This document shows, one piece after another, positions 19,693-30,600 of a stretch of DNA of 64,000 nucleotides. Positions within the stretch are counted from its first letter, which is position 1. Every line of letters begins with the position of its first letter. Made by a program: the position numbers and the translations under genes. This DNA is from Bacteroidaceae bacterium. GTDB lineage: Bacteria > Bacteroidota > Bacteroidia > Bacteroidales > Bacteroidaceae. The stretch spans positions 249,546-313,545 of the forward strand of contig JAFZZI010000004.1 of NCBI GenBank assembly GCA_017615835.1, read 5' to 3'. A model generated the notes under the pieces. It was not told the origin of the DNA and made no database searches. It saw only the letters and a program-made list of their open reading frames with translations.

Positions 19693-19723
19693 GACGGCCG
19701 CCTCTTAATTGTGACGGCCGTCT
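19692..19723. terminator. hairpin between convergent xseB and the DUF3237 gene (possible bidirectional terminator)
   Basis: AGACGGCCG (19692-19700) pairs perfectly with CGGCCGTCT (19715-19723) over 9 bp, with a 14-nt loop and no clear U-run. Confidence 0.5.
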
Positions 19724-19733
19724 GACTGATTGG

Positions 19734-20252
19734 CTATTTTACCATCCAGACATTTAGAGTGATGCCTCCTCCAGCTCCACCCATCCCTGGACGGCAGACA
19801 AATATTTTGTTGTTGAGCCAACTGTATTTGCTGTCAGCCGGAGCTTCGAACTTGGGCGATGTGGTGAAATAGAAACCGCCCTGACCCATTGTGATTATTC
19901 CGCTGTTGCGTACATGAATTGTGACCCCGTCATCAGTGCGTATGCAGTAGATTGCCTCAACCTCTGTGTGGCCGGTCACTGCGTCGGCCATCTGGTAGTC
20001 AGCACCACCGGGCAGAACTTCGCCCTTGATGTCGGGTCCCTCGAAAGTTCCTCCGGTAATCGGGATGATGGTGCGTGTTCCGTGAACAGTCTTGCCTACG
20101 CTGTAGGCCTGTCCCAGTTGTACGTTGAGTTGTACGACGAACTCAAGCTCCGGAGCTGCCGGAGTCTGCTTTTCTTCATTTGACACTTCTGCCTGAGAAT
20201 ACATTGCGGCCGAAAATACAAGAGCCGCTGCGCATAACATTATCTTCTTCAT
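19734..20252 (-). CDS. DUF3237 (UPF0311) family secreted protein
   Basis: From Met53: MKKIMLCAAALVFSAAMYSQA signal, then TIIPITGGTFEGPDIKGEVLPGGADYQ...IRTDDGVTIHVRNSG. The upstream part of the ORF overlaps the rpsP terminator region. Confidence 0.8.
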   Translation of the reverse strand: MKKIMLCAAALVFSAAMYSQAEVSNEEKQTPAAPELEFVVQLNVQLGQAYSVGKTVHGTRTIIPITGGTFEGPDIKGEVLPGGADYQMADAVTGHTEVEAIYCIRTDDGVTIHVRNSGIITMGQGGFYFTTSPKFEAPADSKYSWLNNKIFVCRPGMGGAGGGITLNVWMVK

Positions 20253-20288
20253 TGTTGTTTGTGAGTAAGTATTTTTTGCGAATGTAGT

Positions 20289-20321
20289 AAAAAAATCAAG
20301 GCGACTCAGAAGAGCCGCCTT
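20289..20321 (-). terminator. intrinsic terminator of rpsP
   Basis: AAGGCG(A)CTC / GAG(C)CGCCTT hairpin at 20298-20321, followed on the minus strand by a T7 run (plus-strand A-run 20289-20295). Confidence 0.65.
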
Positions 20322-20346
20322 AATTTTGCTGTTGCCACTGTCAAAG

Positions 20347-20940
20347 TTATGCTTCTGTGGGAGCCTCAGCTTCTGCTTCAACCTCCGGTTCTGCCGGTGC
20401 TTCTGCACCTGCAGCTTCGGCTGCCGCTGCCTCAGCCTCCTTTGCTGCAGCTATGGCTGCTGCCTCTGCTGCTGCAGCTGCTTCTGCTCTCTTCTTCGAA
20501 ACCTTTTCGGCGATAGCCTCGTTTACCTTCTTCTCAGCTTCCAGCCTTGCCTTGCCAAGCTCGCGTTTGGCCTGCTCTTCCTTCACTGCGACAGCCTTGA
20601 GACTGCTCTCCTTGTTCTGCTTCCATGCCTCGAATTTAGCCTGGGCTGCTGCTTCGTCGAAAGCGCCCTTCTTTACGCCGCCCTGCAAGTGCTTCATCAG
20701 ATAGACTCCCTTGCTTGAGAGGATGTTGCGTGCAGTGTCTGTGGGCTGGGCACCGCAGTTGACCCAATAAAGAGCTCTTTCAAAATTCAAATCTACTGTA
20801 GCAGGATTGGTGTTGGGATTGTAGGTGCCAATCTTCTCAATAAACTTTCCATCACGTGGAGCCCTTGAGTCGGCAATGACGATTGAATAGAATGCGTAGC
20901 CTTTGTGGCCTCTTCTCTGCAATCTGATTTTTGTTGCCAT
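20347..20940 (-). CDS. rpsP: 30S ribosomal protein S16 with a long C-terminal extension
   Basis: [74 protein letters not shown] is the S16 core. About 110 further aa are K/E- and then A/E-rich. Confidence 0.95.
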   Translation of the reverse strand: MATKIRLQRRGHKGYAFYSIVIADSRAPRDGKFIEKIGTYNPNTNPATVDLNFERALYWVNCGAQPTDTARNILSSKGVYLMKHLQGGVKKGAFDEAAAQAKFEAWKQNKESSLKAVAVKEEQAKRELGKARLEAEKKVNEAIAEKVSKKRAEAAAAAEAAAIAAAKEAEAAAAEAAGAEAPAEPEVEAEAEAPTEA

Positions 20941-20999
20941 TTGTCTCTTTTTTAATTGATTAAACGATTTGAACATGCCGCTATCCCGTAACGGCGGTG

Positions 21000-21007
21000 C
21001 AAAGTTA
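21000..21007 (-). promoter_or_regulatory. -7 box TAACTTTG (minus strand) for rpsP
   Basis: Plus strand CAAAGTTA, 60 nt upstream of the ATG at 20940. Confidence 0.3.
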
Positions 21008-21142
21008 AATGAAATTTGATTCGTGGCAAAATATTTTTGTCTTTTCTTGTCGGACGTTGCATGCAAGTGCACGCTGAAGTTAAAGATTGTGTGGCATATG
21101 AAAATTCGCGGGTCTGATATGCATATTTCCTGAATAAAGAAT

Positions 21143-21150
21143 TATTTTTG
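21143..21150 (+). promoter_or_regulatory. -7 box TATTTTTG for rseC-rnf
   Basis: Exact TAnnTTTG, 23 nt upstream of the ATG at 21173. Confidence 0.4.
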
Positions 21151-21172
21151 CAGATGGTGACATGGTTCATGT

Positions 21173-21592
21173 ATGACTGACAGGGTAGAGCATGTAGGGA
21201 TAGTCGATGATATAGACGGGAATGTTGTCACCGTCCGCGTGATGCAGGCTTCTGCCTGCTCGGGATGTCAGGCAAAGTCCCTATGCAGGATTTCCGAATC
21301 GAAAGAAAAGCTGATAACAGTGACGGACAGCAATCCGTCAAGGTTCAGTGTAGGGCAGGAGGTGAACCTTGTAGGGACAGTCGGACAGGGCATGAATGCC
21401 GTTCTTTTTGCTTTTGGACTGCCTCTGGCTACGATTCTGGCCACACTCGGAATCTGTAAACTGGCTGGTTTGGGTGATGCTGTCTCCGCGCTTTGCGCGC
21501 TGTCGGCTCTGGTGGTGTACTATCTTGTGCTTTTGCTTTTCAGAAGAGGATTGGGACGCAAGTTCCAGTTCAGAATAGTTGAGTTGGAGTAA
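21173..21592 (+). CDS. RseC/MucC-family (SoxR-reducing system) membrane protein
   Basis: N-terminal Cys motif ASACSGCQAKSLC and two C-terminal TM helices. It sits directly upstream of rnfB, as in many rnf loci. Confidence 0.8.
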   Translation: MTDRVEHVGIVDDIDGNVVTVRVMQASACSGCQAKSLCRISESKEKLITVTDSNPSRFSVGQEVNLVGTVGQGMNAVLFAFGLPLATILATLGICKLAGLGDAVSALCALSALVVYYLVLLLFRRGLGRKFQFRIVELE

Positions 21593-21616
21593 TTGATTAT
21601 TGAATTAGGTATAGTG

Positions 21617-22495
21617 ATGTCAAATGCTATTTTGTCGGCGGTTGTCGTGCTGGGTGTAACCGGCTTGGTGACAGGCGTATTTCTTTTCCTGATATCGAGA
21701 AGATTCGCTGTGAAGAGTGACCCGCGCATTGCCAGCATTCAGGCACTTCTGCCTGGTGCAAACTGTGGAGGATGCGGTTTTCCTGGCTGTTCAGCCTTCG
21801 CTGAGGCGTGTGTGAGACAGGGTTCCCTGAATGGAATGAACTGTTCGGTGTCCAAACCTGAGGCGATGGCCCAGATAGCTGCAATAATGGGCAGTGAAGT
21901 GGAGGCTGTTGTACCCAAGGTTGCGGTTGTACGTTGTGAGGGCAGCTGTGCCAACAGACCCAGACTGAATGTCTATAATGGGGCGATGCGCTGTTCTATT
22001 GCCAATATGGCAGGTGGAGGTGAGACTGGCTGCTTCTTCGGCTGTCTTGGCTGTGGCGACTGTGTGAGTGTGTGCAAGTTCGATGCTATCCACATGGATG
22101 CCGTGACAGGACTTCCTGTTGTGAATCAGGAGAGTTGTGTGGCATGCGGAGCATGTGTCAGCGCCTGTCCGCGTCATATTATTGAACTGCGCAACAGGAA
22201 CAAGAAGGACCGCAGGGTTTATGTAAGTTGCGTGAACAAGGATAAGGGACCTGTGGCCAAGAAAGCTTGTGCAGTCGCTTGCATAGGTTGCGGCAAGTGT
22301 GTTAAGGCATGTCAGTTCGAGGCTATAACGCTTGATATGAATCTTGCCTACATTGATCCTGAAAAATGCCGCCTCTGCCGCAAGTGTGTGGATGAGTGTC
22401 CGCAGCATATCATCAAGGCGGTGAATTTCCCGGCTCCCCTCCCTCAGAAGCAGTCTTCTGAGACAGTCTCACAAACAGAAACAGCTAATGCTTAA
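21617..22495 (+). CDS. rnfB: Rnf complex subunit B (polyferredoxin)
   Basis: N-terminal TM helix, LPGANCGGCGFPGCSAFAEAC, and several CxxCxxCxxxCP 4Fe-4S motifs (CLGCGDCVSVC, CVACGACVSACP, CIGCGKCVKAC, CRLCRKCVDECP). The ATG at 21617 is preferred over the TTG at 21593. Confidence 0.9.
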   Translation: MSNAILSAVVVLGVTGLVTGVFLFLISRRFAVKSDPRIASIQALLPGANCGGCGFPGCSAFAEACVRQGSLNGMNCSVSKPEAMAQIAAIMGSEVEAVVPKVAVVRCEGSCANRPRLNVYNGAMRCSIANMAGGGETGCFFGCLGCGDCVSVCKFDAIHMDAVTGLPVVNQESCVACGACVSACPRHIIELRNRNKKDRRVYVSCVNKDKGPVAKKACAVACIGCGKCVKACQFEAITLDMNLAYIDPEKCRLCRKCVDECPQHIIKAVNFPAPLPQKQSSETVSQTETANA

Positions 22496-22509
22496 ATTAA
22501 AACAGGAAT

Positions 22510-23850
22510 ATGCTCAAGACTTTCAGAATAGGTGGCGTACATCCCGAAGACAATAAGTTGACACGCAGTTGCAGGACTGGAACAGCCGGTCTTCCAAAAC
22601 AGGCAGTATTCCCGCTCTCCCAGCACATCGGTGCTCCGGCTGTACCCTGCGTCAAGCGCGGTGATTCAGTAAAGGTGGGAACACTCATTGCAGCAGCAGG
22701 CGGTTTCGTGTCGGCCAACATTCACTCGTCGGTATCCGGCAAGGTGTCGAAGATAGACTCAGTCCTAGATGCCAGTGGCTATCGCAAACCAGCGATATTC
22801 GTCGATGTCGAGGGTGACGAGTGGGAGGAGACCATTGACCGCTCCGATACCGTTGTCAAAGGGTGCAATCTCTCGCCTGAAGAGATTATCAGTAAGGTGA
22901 AGGATGCCGGTGTTGTAGGTATGGGTGGCGCCTGTTTCCCGACTCATGTAAAGCTGTCTCCCCCCAAGGATGCCAATATCGAGTGCTTGATAGTAAACGG
23001 AGTTGAATGTGAACCTTTCCTGACGGCTGATCATAGGCTTATGCTGGAACATCCTGACGAAATCCTTGTGGGGGTTTCAATAATAATGAAGGCGTTGGGA
23101 CTGGAGAGAGGCTGCGTAGGTATCGAGGCTAACAAGATGGATGCCGTTGAGTTGTTGCGTGAAAAGGCTCGTGAATATAATGGCATTGAGATAGTTCCGC
23201 TCAGAATGAAATACCCTCAGGGTGGTGAGAAGCAACTCATTGATGCCGTGATGGGTCGCCAGGTCCCCGCACCTCCTGCCATTCCGGCGAATGTAGGCGC
23301 AATAGTACAGAACGTGGGCACCGTGTTTGCGATTTATGAGGCCGTGCAGAAAAACATGCCGCTCATTCAGCGGAACGTGACTGTCACTGGCAAGAGCGTC
23401 AAGAATCCCTGCAATCTGCTGGTGCGTACAGGAACTCCGATATCGCAGCTTATAGAGGCAGCAGGCGGTATGCCTGAAGATACCGGCAAACTGATAAGTG
23501 GAGGTCCCATGATGGGACGTCCGTTGCTTTCGGCTGATGTCCCCGTCGTAAAAGGTACCAGTGGTGTGCTGATGATTCCTCGTCAGGAGGCTGTCCGTGC
23601 CGAAGAGCGCCCCTGCATACGGTGCGCCAAGTGTGTGAGTGCATGTCCGATGGGGCTCGAACCATATCTTATGGCTACTTTAGGAGAACAGGGAGACTGG
23701 GAACGTGCTGAGAAGGAGGATATAATGATTTGCATTGAGTGCGGCTGCTGCCAGTCGTCATGTCCATCGCGCAGACCTCTGCTGGATTGGGTGAGACTTA
23801 CAAAGACAACTGTCGGCGGCATAATACGTTCGCGCAACGCTAAGAAATGA
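22510..23850 (+). CDS. rnfC: Rnf complex subunit C
   Basis: 446 aa: GMGGACFPTHVKL, NGVECEPFLTADHRLM, and two ferredoxin motifs CIRCAKCVSACP and CIECGCCQSSCP. Confidence 0.95.
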   Translation: MLKTFRIGGVHPEDNKLTRSCRTGTAGLPKQAVFPLSQHIGAPAVPCVKRGDSVKVGTLIAAAGGFVSANIHSSVSGKVSKIDSVLDASGYRKPAIFVDVEGDEWEETIDRSDTVVKGCNLSPEEIISKVKDAGVVGMGGACFPTHVKLSPPKDANIECLIVNGVECEPFLTADHRLMLEHPDEILVGVSIIMKALGLERGCVGIEANKMDAVELLREKAREYNGIEIVPLRMKYPQGGEKQLIDAVMGRQVPAPPAIPANVGAIVQNVGTVFAIYEAVQKNMPLIQRNVTVTGKSVKNPCNLLVRTGTPISQLIEAAGGMPEDTGKLISGGPMMGRPLLSADVPVVKGTSGVLMIPRQEAVRAEERPCIRCAKCVSACPMGLEPYLMATLGEQGDWERAEKEDIMICIECGCCQSSCPSRRPLLDWVRLTKTTVGGIIRSRNAKK

Positions 23851-24824
23851 CGGATATGGAAAACAAACTTATTTTGTCAACATCGCCACATCTTCACAAC
23901 GGAGATACAGTAGAGAGGAATATGTACAATGTCATTCTGGCGTTGATTCCGGCGCTTATTGCGTCATTCCTGTTCTTCGGCGTGGGTTCACTGGTAGTGA
24001 CGCTGGCATCAGTTGTGAGCTGCGTCTTTTTCGAGTGGAGTATTACAAAGTATCTGCTGAAGCGCGATCGCTCTACAATCAGCGATGGATCTGCCGTGCT
24101 GACAGGCCTTCTGCTTGCTTTCAACCTGCCTTCAAACCTGCCGCTATATATCATTGTCATAGGTTCTCTAGTGGCAATTGGTGTCGGCAAGATGACTTTC
24201 GGAGGTCTTGGCAACAATCCGTTCAATCCTGCATTGGTGGGACGCGTGTTCCTGCTGGTCTCTTTCCCTGCAAAGATGACCACATGGCCTGTTACGGGTC
24301 AGCTGACCGCATATGCCGATGCTGTGACCGGAGCAACTCCGCTGGCATTGATCAAACAGGGTGCCATTGATCAGCTTCCACCGCTCGGCCAGATGTTTCT
24401 GGGTAATACCGGTGGCTGTATCGGCGAAGTCAGTGTGCTGGCGCTTCTGATTGGCTTCGCATGGTTGCTGCATAAGAAGGTCATCACATGGCATATTCCC
24501 GTATCGATAATGGTGACGGTTTTTGTACTGGCCGGTGTGATGTGGCTGATCAATCCTGAGACTTATGCCAACCCATTGTACCATTTGTGCAGTGGCGGTG
24601 TCATGTTGGGTGCAATTTTCATGGCTACCGACTATGTCACATCGCCAATGACAGGCAAGGGGCAAATAATATACGGTATCTGTATCGGTCTTCTTGTCAT
24701 GGTGATCCGTCTGTTCGGATCATATCCTGAGGGAATGTCGTTCGCCATTCTTATAATGAACTCGGTTGTTCCTTTGCTGGACAACTGGTGCAAACCAAAA
24801 CGTTTCGGGGAGGTTGGAAAATGA
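23847..24824 (+). CDS. rnfD: Rnf complex subunit D
   Basis: LSTSPHLHNGDTV, polytopic membrane protein, ATDYVTSP motif (FMN attachment region). ATGA overlap with rnfC. Confidence 0.95.
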   Translation: MTDMENKLILSTSPHLHNGDTVERNMYNVILALIPALIASFLFFGVGSLVVTLASVVSCVFFEWSITKYLLKRDRSTISDGSAVLTGLLLAFNLPSNLPLYIIVIGSLVAIGVGKMTFGGLGNNPFNPALVGRVFLLVSFPAKMTTWPVTGQLTAYADAVTGATPLALIKQGAIDQLPPLGQMFLGNTGGCIGEVSVLALLIGFAWLLHKKVITWHIPVSIMVTVFVLAGVMWLINPETYANPLYHLCSGGVMLGAIFMATDYVTSPMTGKGQIIYGICIGLLVMVIRLFGSYPEGMSFAILIMNSVVPLLDNWCKPKRFGEVGK

Positions 24825-25462
24825 AGAAACTGGAATCGAATTTCGTGAATATGGCCGTTTCTCTGCTATTGATTGCGGCCGCTGCTGCAGCACTTCTGGC
24901 CTGGGTACATGAGGTTACGAGGGTGCCTATTGAGAAGATTAACGCTCAGACGCTGTCTGATGGTATCCGAAGCGTTATTGTAGGGGACAGGCCTGTCGAG
25001 TTTGAGGTAGAATCTCAAGTCGGGTCGGACGGCTATACTTTCTATCGTGCCGTAGGTCGTGACGGACAGTTGCTTGGAACAGCCGTGCGCTCAGAAACCG
25101 AAGGCTTCGGGGGAACTCTGACTGTTCTTACAGGTTTTGATCCCGATGGAAACATATTGGGTTACGAGGTACTCGAACATTCCGAGACACCTGGACTGGG
25201 AGCACAGGTTAATACATGGTTCAAACAGTTGTCAAGAGGTGATTCCGACAGTCAGTCAGCTTTAGGAATGGTTATTCTTGGCAGGGACGAGCCTGCCGGC
25301 AATCACAATATTGTGGGTATGAATCCCGGAAGGGACGATATGACCGTTTCTAAGGATGGTGGCCAGGTCGATGCCATAACTGCTTCGACAATTACATCCA
25401 GGGCTTTTCTGCTTGCTGTACGCAATGCTTACTCGGCTTATATGGCGACAAATAACAAATGA
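24821..25462 (+). CDS. rnfG: Rnf complex subunit G
   Basis: MKKLESNFVNMAVSLLLIAAA membrane anchor, and SETPGLGAQV plus DAITASTITSRAF (FMN-binding domain). ATGA overlap with rnfD. Confidence 0.9.
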   Translation: MKKLESNFVNMAVSLLLIAAAAAALLAWVHEVTRVPIEKINAQTLSDGIRSVIVGDRPVEFEVESQVGSDGYTFYRAVGRDGQLLGTAVRSETEGFGGTLTVLTGFDPDGNILGYEVLEHSETPGLGAQVNTWFKQLSRGDSDSQSALGMVILGRDEPAGNHNIVGMNPGRDDMTVSKDGGQVDAITASTITSRAFLLAVRNAYSAYMATNNK

Positions 25463-25469
25463 TCTGCGT

Positions 25470-26054
25470 ATGAATTACTTCAAGACTATACTGAACGGAA
25501 TTGTCAGGGAGAACCCGACTTTTGTCCTTCTGCTTGGAATGTGCCCGACACTGGCAACTACCACTTCGGCATTGAACGGATTCGGCATGGGTGTAGCTAC
25601 GATGTTCGTGCTGATATGTTCCAATACATTCATTTCTCTGCTGAAGAATCTCATACCCGATGGAGTCCGCATCCCGTGCTACATAGTGGTGATTGCCTCG
25701 TTCGTGACCATTCTGCAAATGGTGATGCAGGCCTATGTTCCCGATCTGTACAAGACATTGGGAATATTCATTCCTCTGATTGTAGTGAACTGTATAATAC
25801 TGGGCCGGGCCGAGGCATTCGCTGCAAAGAACAATGTGCTGGCTTCGCTTTGCGATGGCGTGGGTATTGGCATAGGTTTCACCCTTGCGCTGACACTTTT
25901 GGGTGTCGTGCGTGAGTTTTTCGGCAAAGGCTCTTTCTTCGGCATGCAGATTCTGCCTGAATCAATGCACATACTTGTGTTTGTTCTGGCTCCGGGGGCC
26001 TTCATTACATTGGGCTATCTCCTGGCTATTGTGAACAGGGTAAGCAGATCGTGA
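25470..26054 (+). CDS. rnfE: Rnf complex subunit E
   Basis: MNYFKTILNGIVRENPTFVLLLGMCPTLATT and LGIFIPLIVVNCIILGRAEAFA. Confidence 0.95.
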   Translation: MNYFKTILNGIVRENPTFVLLLGMCPTLATTTSALNGFGMGVATMFVLICSNTFISLLKNLIPDGVRIPCYIVVIASFVTILQMVMQAYVPDLYKTLGIFIPLIVVNCIILGRAEAFAAKNNVLASLCDGVGIGIGFTLALTLLGVVREFFGKGSFFGMQILPESMHILVFVLAPGAFITLGYLLAIVNRVSRS

Positions 26055-26073
26055 ACTAATAGAAAGCAAGACT

Positions 26074-26694
26074 ATGGAATACTTCCTGATTTTCATATCG
26101 GCGATTTTTGTAAACAATGTTGTTTTGTCGCAATTCCTGGGAATATGTCCTTTCCTGGGAGTGTCGCGCAAGGTGAGCACTGCATCTGGTATGGGTGTGG
26201 CGGTCACCTTCGTACTGACTGTGGCCGCCATAGTGACATTTGCCCTTCAGGTATGGGTCCTGAATCCTTTAGGGCTTGAATATCTGCAGACTATCGCCTT
26301 CATACTGGTCATAGCCGGACTGGTACAGATGCTCGAAATGGTTCTAAAGAAGGTTTCTCCTTCGCTCTATCAGGCACTTGGCATATTCTTGCCACTGATA
26401 ACTACAAACTGCTGTGTTCTGGGCGTCTCGCTGCTTGTGGCCAATGGTACCTATAACTCACAGGGACTCGAAATGTCGCTTCTGACAGGAGTCCTCTATG
26501 CTTTCTCCACTGCATTGGGCTTTGCAGTTGCCTTGATAATCTTTGCTGGCCTGCGCGAAAGGATTGCACTGGCAAATGTCCCGAAAGCGATGCAAGGAAT
26601 GGCCATTGCGCTGGTTGCAGCCGGTCTTCTTGCACTGGCTTTCATGGGTTTCAGCGGTGTTGACCGTGGAATAGCCGCGGCTATTGGACTATAA
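26074..26694 (+). CDS. rnfA: Rnf complex subunit A
   Basis: IFISAIFVNNVVLSQFLGICPFLGVS and LGIFLPLITTNCCVLGV. Confidence 0.95.
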   Translation: MEYFLIFISAIFVNNVVLSQFLGICPFLGVSRKVSTASGMGVAVTFVLTVAAIVTFALQVWVLNPLGLEYLQTIAFILVIAGLVQMLEMVLKKVSPSLYQALGIFLPLITTNCCVLGVSLLVANGTYNSQGLEMSLLTGVLYAFSTALGFAVALIIFAGLRERIALANVPKAMQGMAIALVAAGLLALAFMGFSGVDRGIAAAIGL

Positions 26695-26709
26695 CAAAGT
26701 CTTTGCACC

Positions 26710-27588
26710 ATGATTGCCTTTCCGAATGCAAAAATTAACATTGGGCTGAATGTAATTTCGAAGCGGCCCGATGGATACCATGACATTGAGACGGTATATT
26801 ATCCGATCAACGTGCAGGATGCGTTGGAGATAAATGTCCGTAAACTTATTTGGACTAACCGTCCTGTTCTGAACCTTATGACTGAGAAAGGGGTGGAATA
26901 TGAGGATGCTAAATGCTCTATTACCGTAAAGGGTAACATTGAGTCTGGCAACCCTGCCGACAATCTGGTGGTCAGAGCGTATCATATGCTGCTTGAGGAT
27001 TTCGATTTGCCGCCAATAGAGATAATGCTATACAAACATATTCCTTCCGGTGCAGGACTGGGTGGCGGCTCTTCCGACTGTGCCAGCATGATAATGCTTC
27101 TGAACCGCCGTTTCGGACTCAGAATGAACAGATCGTGCATGGAGAGATATTCGTCACGGCTTGGAGCAGACTGCGCCTTTTTCATAAGGAACACACCTGT
27201 GCTTGCGACTGGCATAGGCAACATTATGACTGATATCAATCTCTCTCTGAAAGGATTGTCAATCCTTTTGGTCAAGCCTGACATTGCAGTTTCGACCAAA
27301 GAGGCCTACAGTCTTGTAAGACCATCCAGACCCGCAGTCTCACTGGCAGATGCAGTGAAATACCCGATACACGAGTGGAAGAATCTGATTAGGAATGATT
27401 TTGAAGACAGCATTTTCTCCATACATCCCGAAATTGGCGCAATCAAGGAACGATTATATGGGATGGGGGCACTTTATTCGGCCATGAGTGGTTCCGGTTC
27501 GACGGTATTTGGGATATTTGATTTGCCGCTAGATAATCCTGAGGCGGATTTCCCCGGTTGCGTTTGCCTGCAGAGAATCCTACTGTAA
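26710..27588 (+). CDS. ispE: 4-diphosphocytidyl-2-C-methyl-D-erythritol kinase
   Basis: MIAFPNAKINIGLNVISKRPDGYHDIETVYYPI, the GHMP kinase motif IPSGAGLGGGSSDCA, and SGSGSTVFGIF. Confidence 0.93.
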   Translation: MIAFPNAKINIGLNVISKRPDGYHDIETVYYPINVQDALEINVRKLIWTNRPVLNLMTEKGVEYEDAKCSITVKGNIESGNPADNLVVRAYHMLLEDFDLPPIEIMLYKHIPSGAGLGGGSSDCASMIMLLNRRFGLRMNRSCMERYSSRLGADCAFFIRNTPVLATGIGNIMTDINLSLKGLSILLVKPDIAVSTKEAYSLVRPSRPAVSLADAVKYPIHEWKNLIRNDFEDSIFSIHPEIGAIKERLYGMGALYSAMSGSGSTVFGIFDLPLDNPEADFPGCVCLQRILL

Positions 27589-27600
27589 CAGCGTGTTACG

Positions 27601-30600
27601 ATGAAAAGGAAGAGAACGCCATGGGGGTGGATATGGAGAACGTCCCTTTGTATCCTGATTCTCCCGTTGTTCCTCTTTATGTTGCTATCTGTACTGATGT
27701 GGGTGCCTTCAGTTCAGCAATGGGCTGTTGACAAAGCTTCCGGTATCCTGTACAGACAGACGGGTATAGAATTCAGCATTGACCGTGTCCGGCTGACCCC
27801 TCTCATAGACTTGTCGTTGGATGGGATTCTCGCCGTCGACGCGCGTAAGGACACGCTGCTGGCCTCGCGCCAACTTCTTCTGTCCGTTGACATGAGTTCT
27901 CTTCTTGATTCGGTGGTAAGCGTCAAGTCGCTGAGCCTGAGCGATGTGGTAGTCGATACCAAGGACCTGATTGAGGATGTTTCGATAGCAGGTTACCTCG
28001 GCACATTACGTCTGGTCAGCGACCGCACTTTACTTTTCGACAATTACACAAAGATTGACAGATTGATTCTGAGTGATGCAGACATAACCATTGTAATGCC
28101 TGACTCGGCCAAACAAAAAGAGTCGGAAACAGAGGAACCCTTCAACTGGATTTTCGATGCGAGGGATGTCACCATGTCGGATGTGAGTGTTACACTGCTG
28201 CCTCTCGGCCTGCACATATGTACTGGCGATCTTGCCTTGAAAGGGGTGGCCGACATCGGACGCATGTGCTACCATGCTGACTCACTCTGTCTGGTTGACG
28301 GTTCTGTTTCTATTGACGGCATTTTTTCGGCCAGCATAAGCGAACTCATTCTGAACGATGCCGGCATGGACTCTGTTTTTATCAGCGCTCCCAGGCTGTT
28401 TGCTGACCTGACCAATTTCTCGCTGGATACGGAACCTTGTACAAGCACCCCTGTAACAATTGAACTGTCTGCCGACATGAATATGGTTGACATGATTGTC
28501 AATGCAGAAGGTGTGGTATCTGCCGGAAATGCACGTTTGAGACTGAACGGTAAATACTCCATAAATGATGAGGCCTTGGAAGCGGATGTCGGCATACACA
28601 ATTTGCGATTCAATGACTTCATAGCCCTGAGCGAACCCCTTTGGTTCGATGGTCGTGTCAAGGCCAGTGCCAAGGGATTCGACCCATTTTCCAGGGAGAC
28701 CTTCATCCATGTTGACTCATACATAGACAGATGCAGCTACGGCAATGCCGTAATTAGGAGCACGTCGCTGAATGCCAATGTCGTCAATGCTGTTATCTCC
28801 GGCAGACTGGACACTGAATGCGCCTATTCTGACTCTACCATTTATGCAGCGTTGGGAGGAGCCTTCGAATTCAGTGGCGGTTACTTGAATGGTACAGAAC
28901 CCGCTCTGTCGCTTGATGCAGACCTGCGTGACATTGTGTTCAGGAATGATTCCATTTCACTCGACCTTGCCGGGATGTTCGTCGATGCCGCAACCAGCCG
29001 CAATGGCACAATGGCTGAAGTAGGCATGCCGGGCCTTGAGTTGTCAATGACTTCGTCCGGACATGTATTTTCGCTTCCGCCGCAGTTCGAAAAACTGGTC
29101 CGTATGATTTCCGAACAGACTGATTCGCTTGAATATGATATTACCGGTCTGCGCCGAAGCTTCCCGGAGATGACACTTAGTCTTAAGGTAGGAAATGATT
29201 GCCCGTTGGCCGCCCTGCTCGACAGGTATCGCCTGTCATTCGACAATCTGGCGCTGAATGTCAAAATGTCGCCCGAAAAGGGCATTAGGCTCGATGGAAA
29301 CCTCAGCGATGTCGGATACGACACGTTGACGCTTCATTCTGCAAAATTCAGTTTGGACGACGACAGGCAGGCCCTCAATCTGCTGGCAGATTTTGATTTC
29401 ATTGCCCAGCACGGACTGCCCTCGTTTCAGGTTTCCGTTGACGGCAGCCTGACTGAACGGTTCTCCAAAGCCCGTGTCAGATTCCATTCTGACGTTACCG
29501 ATGGCGTAATGTCTGTGAAGGATATCTCAAGCGATGTGAACCTGCTTCTTGACTTATTCCTCGAATCGAAAGCACTTTCGGCCGAAGGCAGACTTGACCT
29601 GGCAGACTTCAGATATTCCGACTACATATTCGGCGACCGTTCAGTTAATTTCAGCCTTGATCCGCTGGAAGACGGCCGCTATCTGGCCCGTGCCAGTACG
29701 GGCAATATGCCACTGTCGCTTGTCAACTCCATAATAGGTAATCCTGATATGGAACTTTTGGGCGACATTCAGGCCAACGTGTCGGTCGAAGGCACCCTTG
29801 ATGACATGAGCTTCAGCGGCAATGTCTTTCCAAACGGCGTAAAGGTTCTGTACAAGCCCTACAGTGTGGCACTTGAACTTGGCAGAGTTCCGATAACGCT
29901 GGACAACATGCTGGTTCGTCTTGACAGTATTCCAGTGTATGGGGTTGACAGTACAAGTTTTATAGTGAACGGAATGGTTGACCTGAACGCTATGTCAATC
30001 GACGCTGTCCTGTCAGGAGACCGTTTCAATCCAATAGCACTTGAAGGACTTGACAGCATTGTGGCTGTCAGCGGATCAGTCGTAACCGGCATTAATGCCA
30101 GGGTGAGCGGACCGTTCCAACATCTTGTCATTGGCGGTGATCTTGACATATTGCCGGAGACTGACGTTATTTACCACATCGACCGGAGGAACTACATCCA
30201 TGCTAGGGCAGGTGGCTCTCTGAGGCTCGACCTTGCCATTGATGGCGAAATGAGTCTCAACGGAAGGGTAAACGTCAACGGCGGCGAGATCAGATACTCT
30301 GTTCCGTACTATCCTTTGGAACCATTCAAGATATCAGAAGACAGCTATGTGCAGTTCAACGGTGATATCAGTAAGCCTGAGCTGAACATTACGGCCATCC
30401 AGCCGGCAAAGGCTACTGTCAACAATACAGGACAGATTTCCAAAGTGGTTGACTTCACAGTTGGTCTGAAGGTCATGAACGGCCTTGACGACCTCGCTCT
30501 CGAATTTCTGATAGATTGTCCTTCAGACTTGACGATCCAGAAAGAGTTGGAGTCATTCTCTCAGGACGAAAGGAACCGCATAGCTGCCGCGCTCCTGGCG

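Noticed and set aside
20326-20718. Long ORFs antisense to, or out of frame with, the rpsP tail (20326..20718 +, 20357..20704 +).
   Set aside because: They are a compositional artefact of the GCN-rich Ala/Glu-coding DNA. The products are Cys/Leu- or Ala/Ser-homopolymer-like.
21791-22408. A 205-aa ORF antisense to rnfB, and similar antisense ORFs inside rnfC/D/E, mutA/B, tamB-like, pheT and lepA.
   Set aside because: Each lies wholly inside a strongly supported gene on the other strand, with no motifs, no promoter box and biased composition. These are typical shadow ORFs in roughly 50 percent GC DNA.
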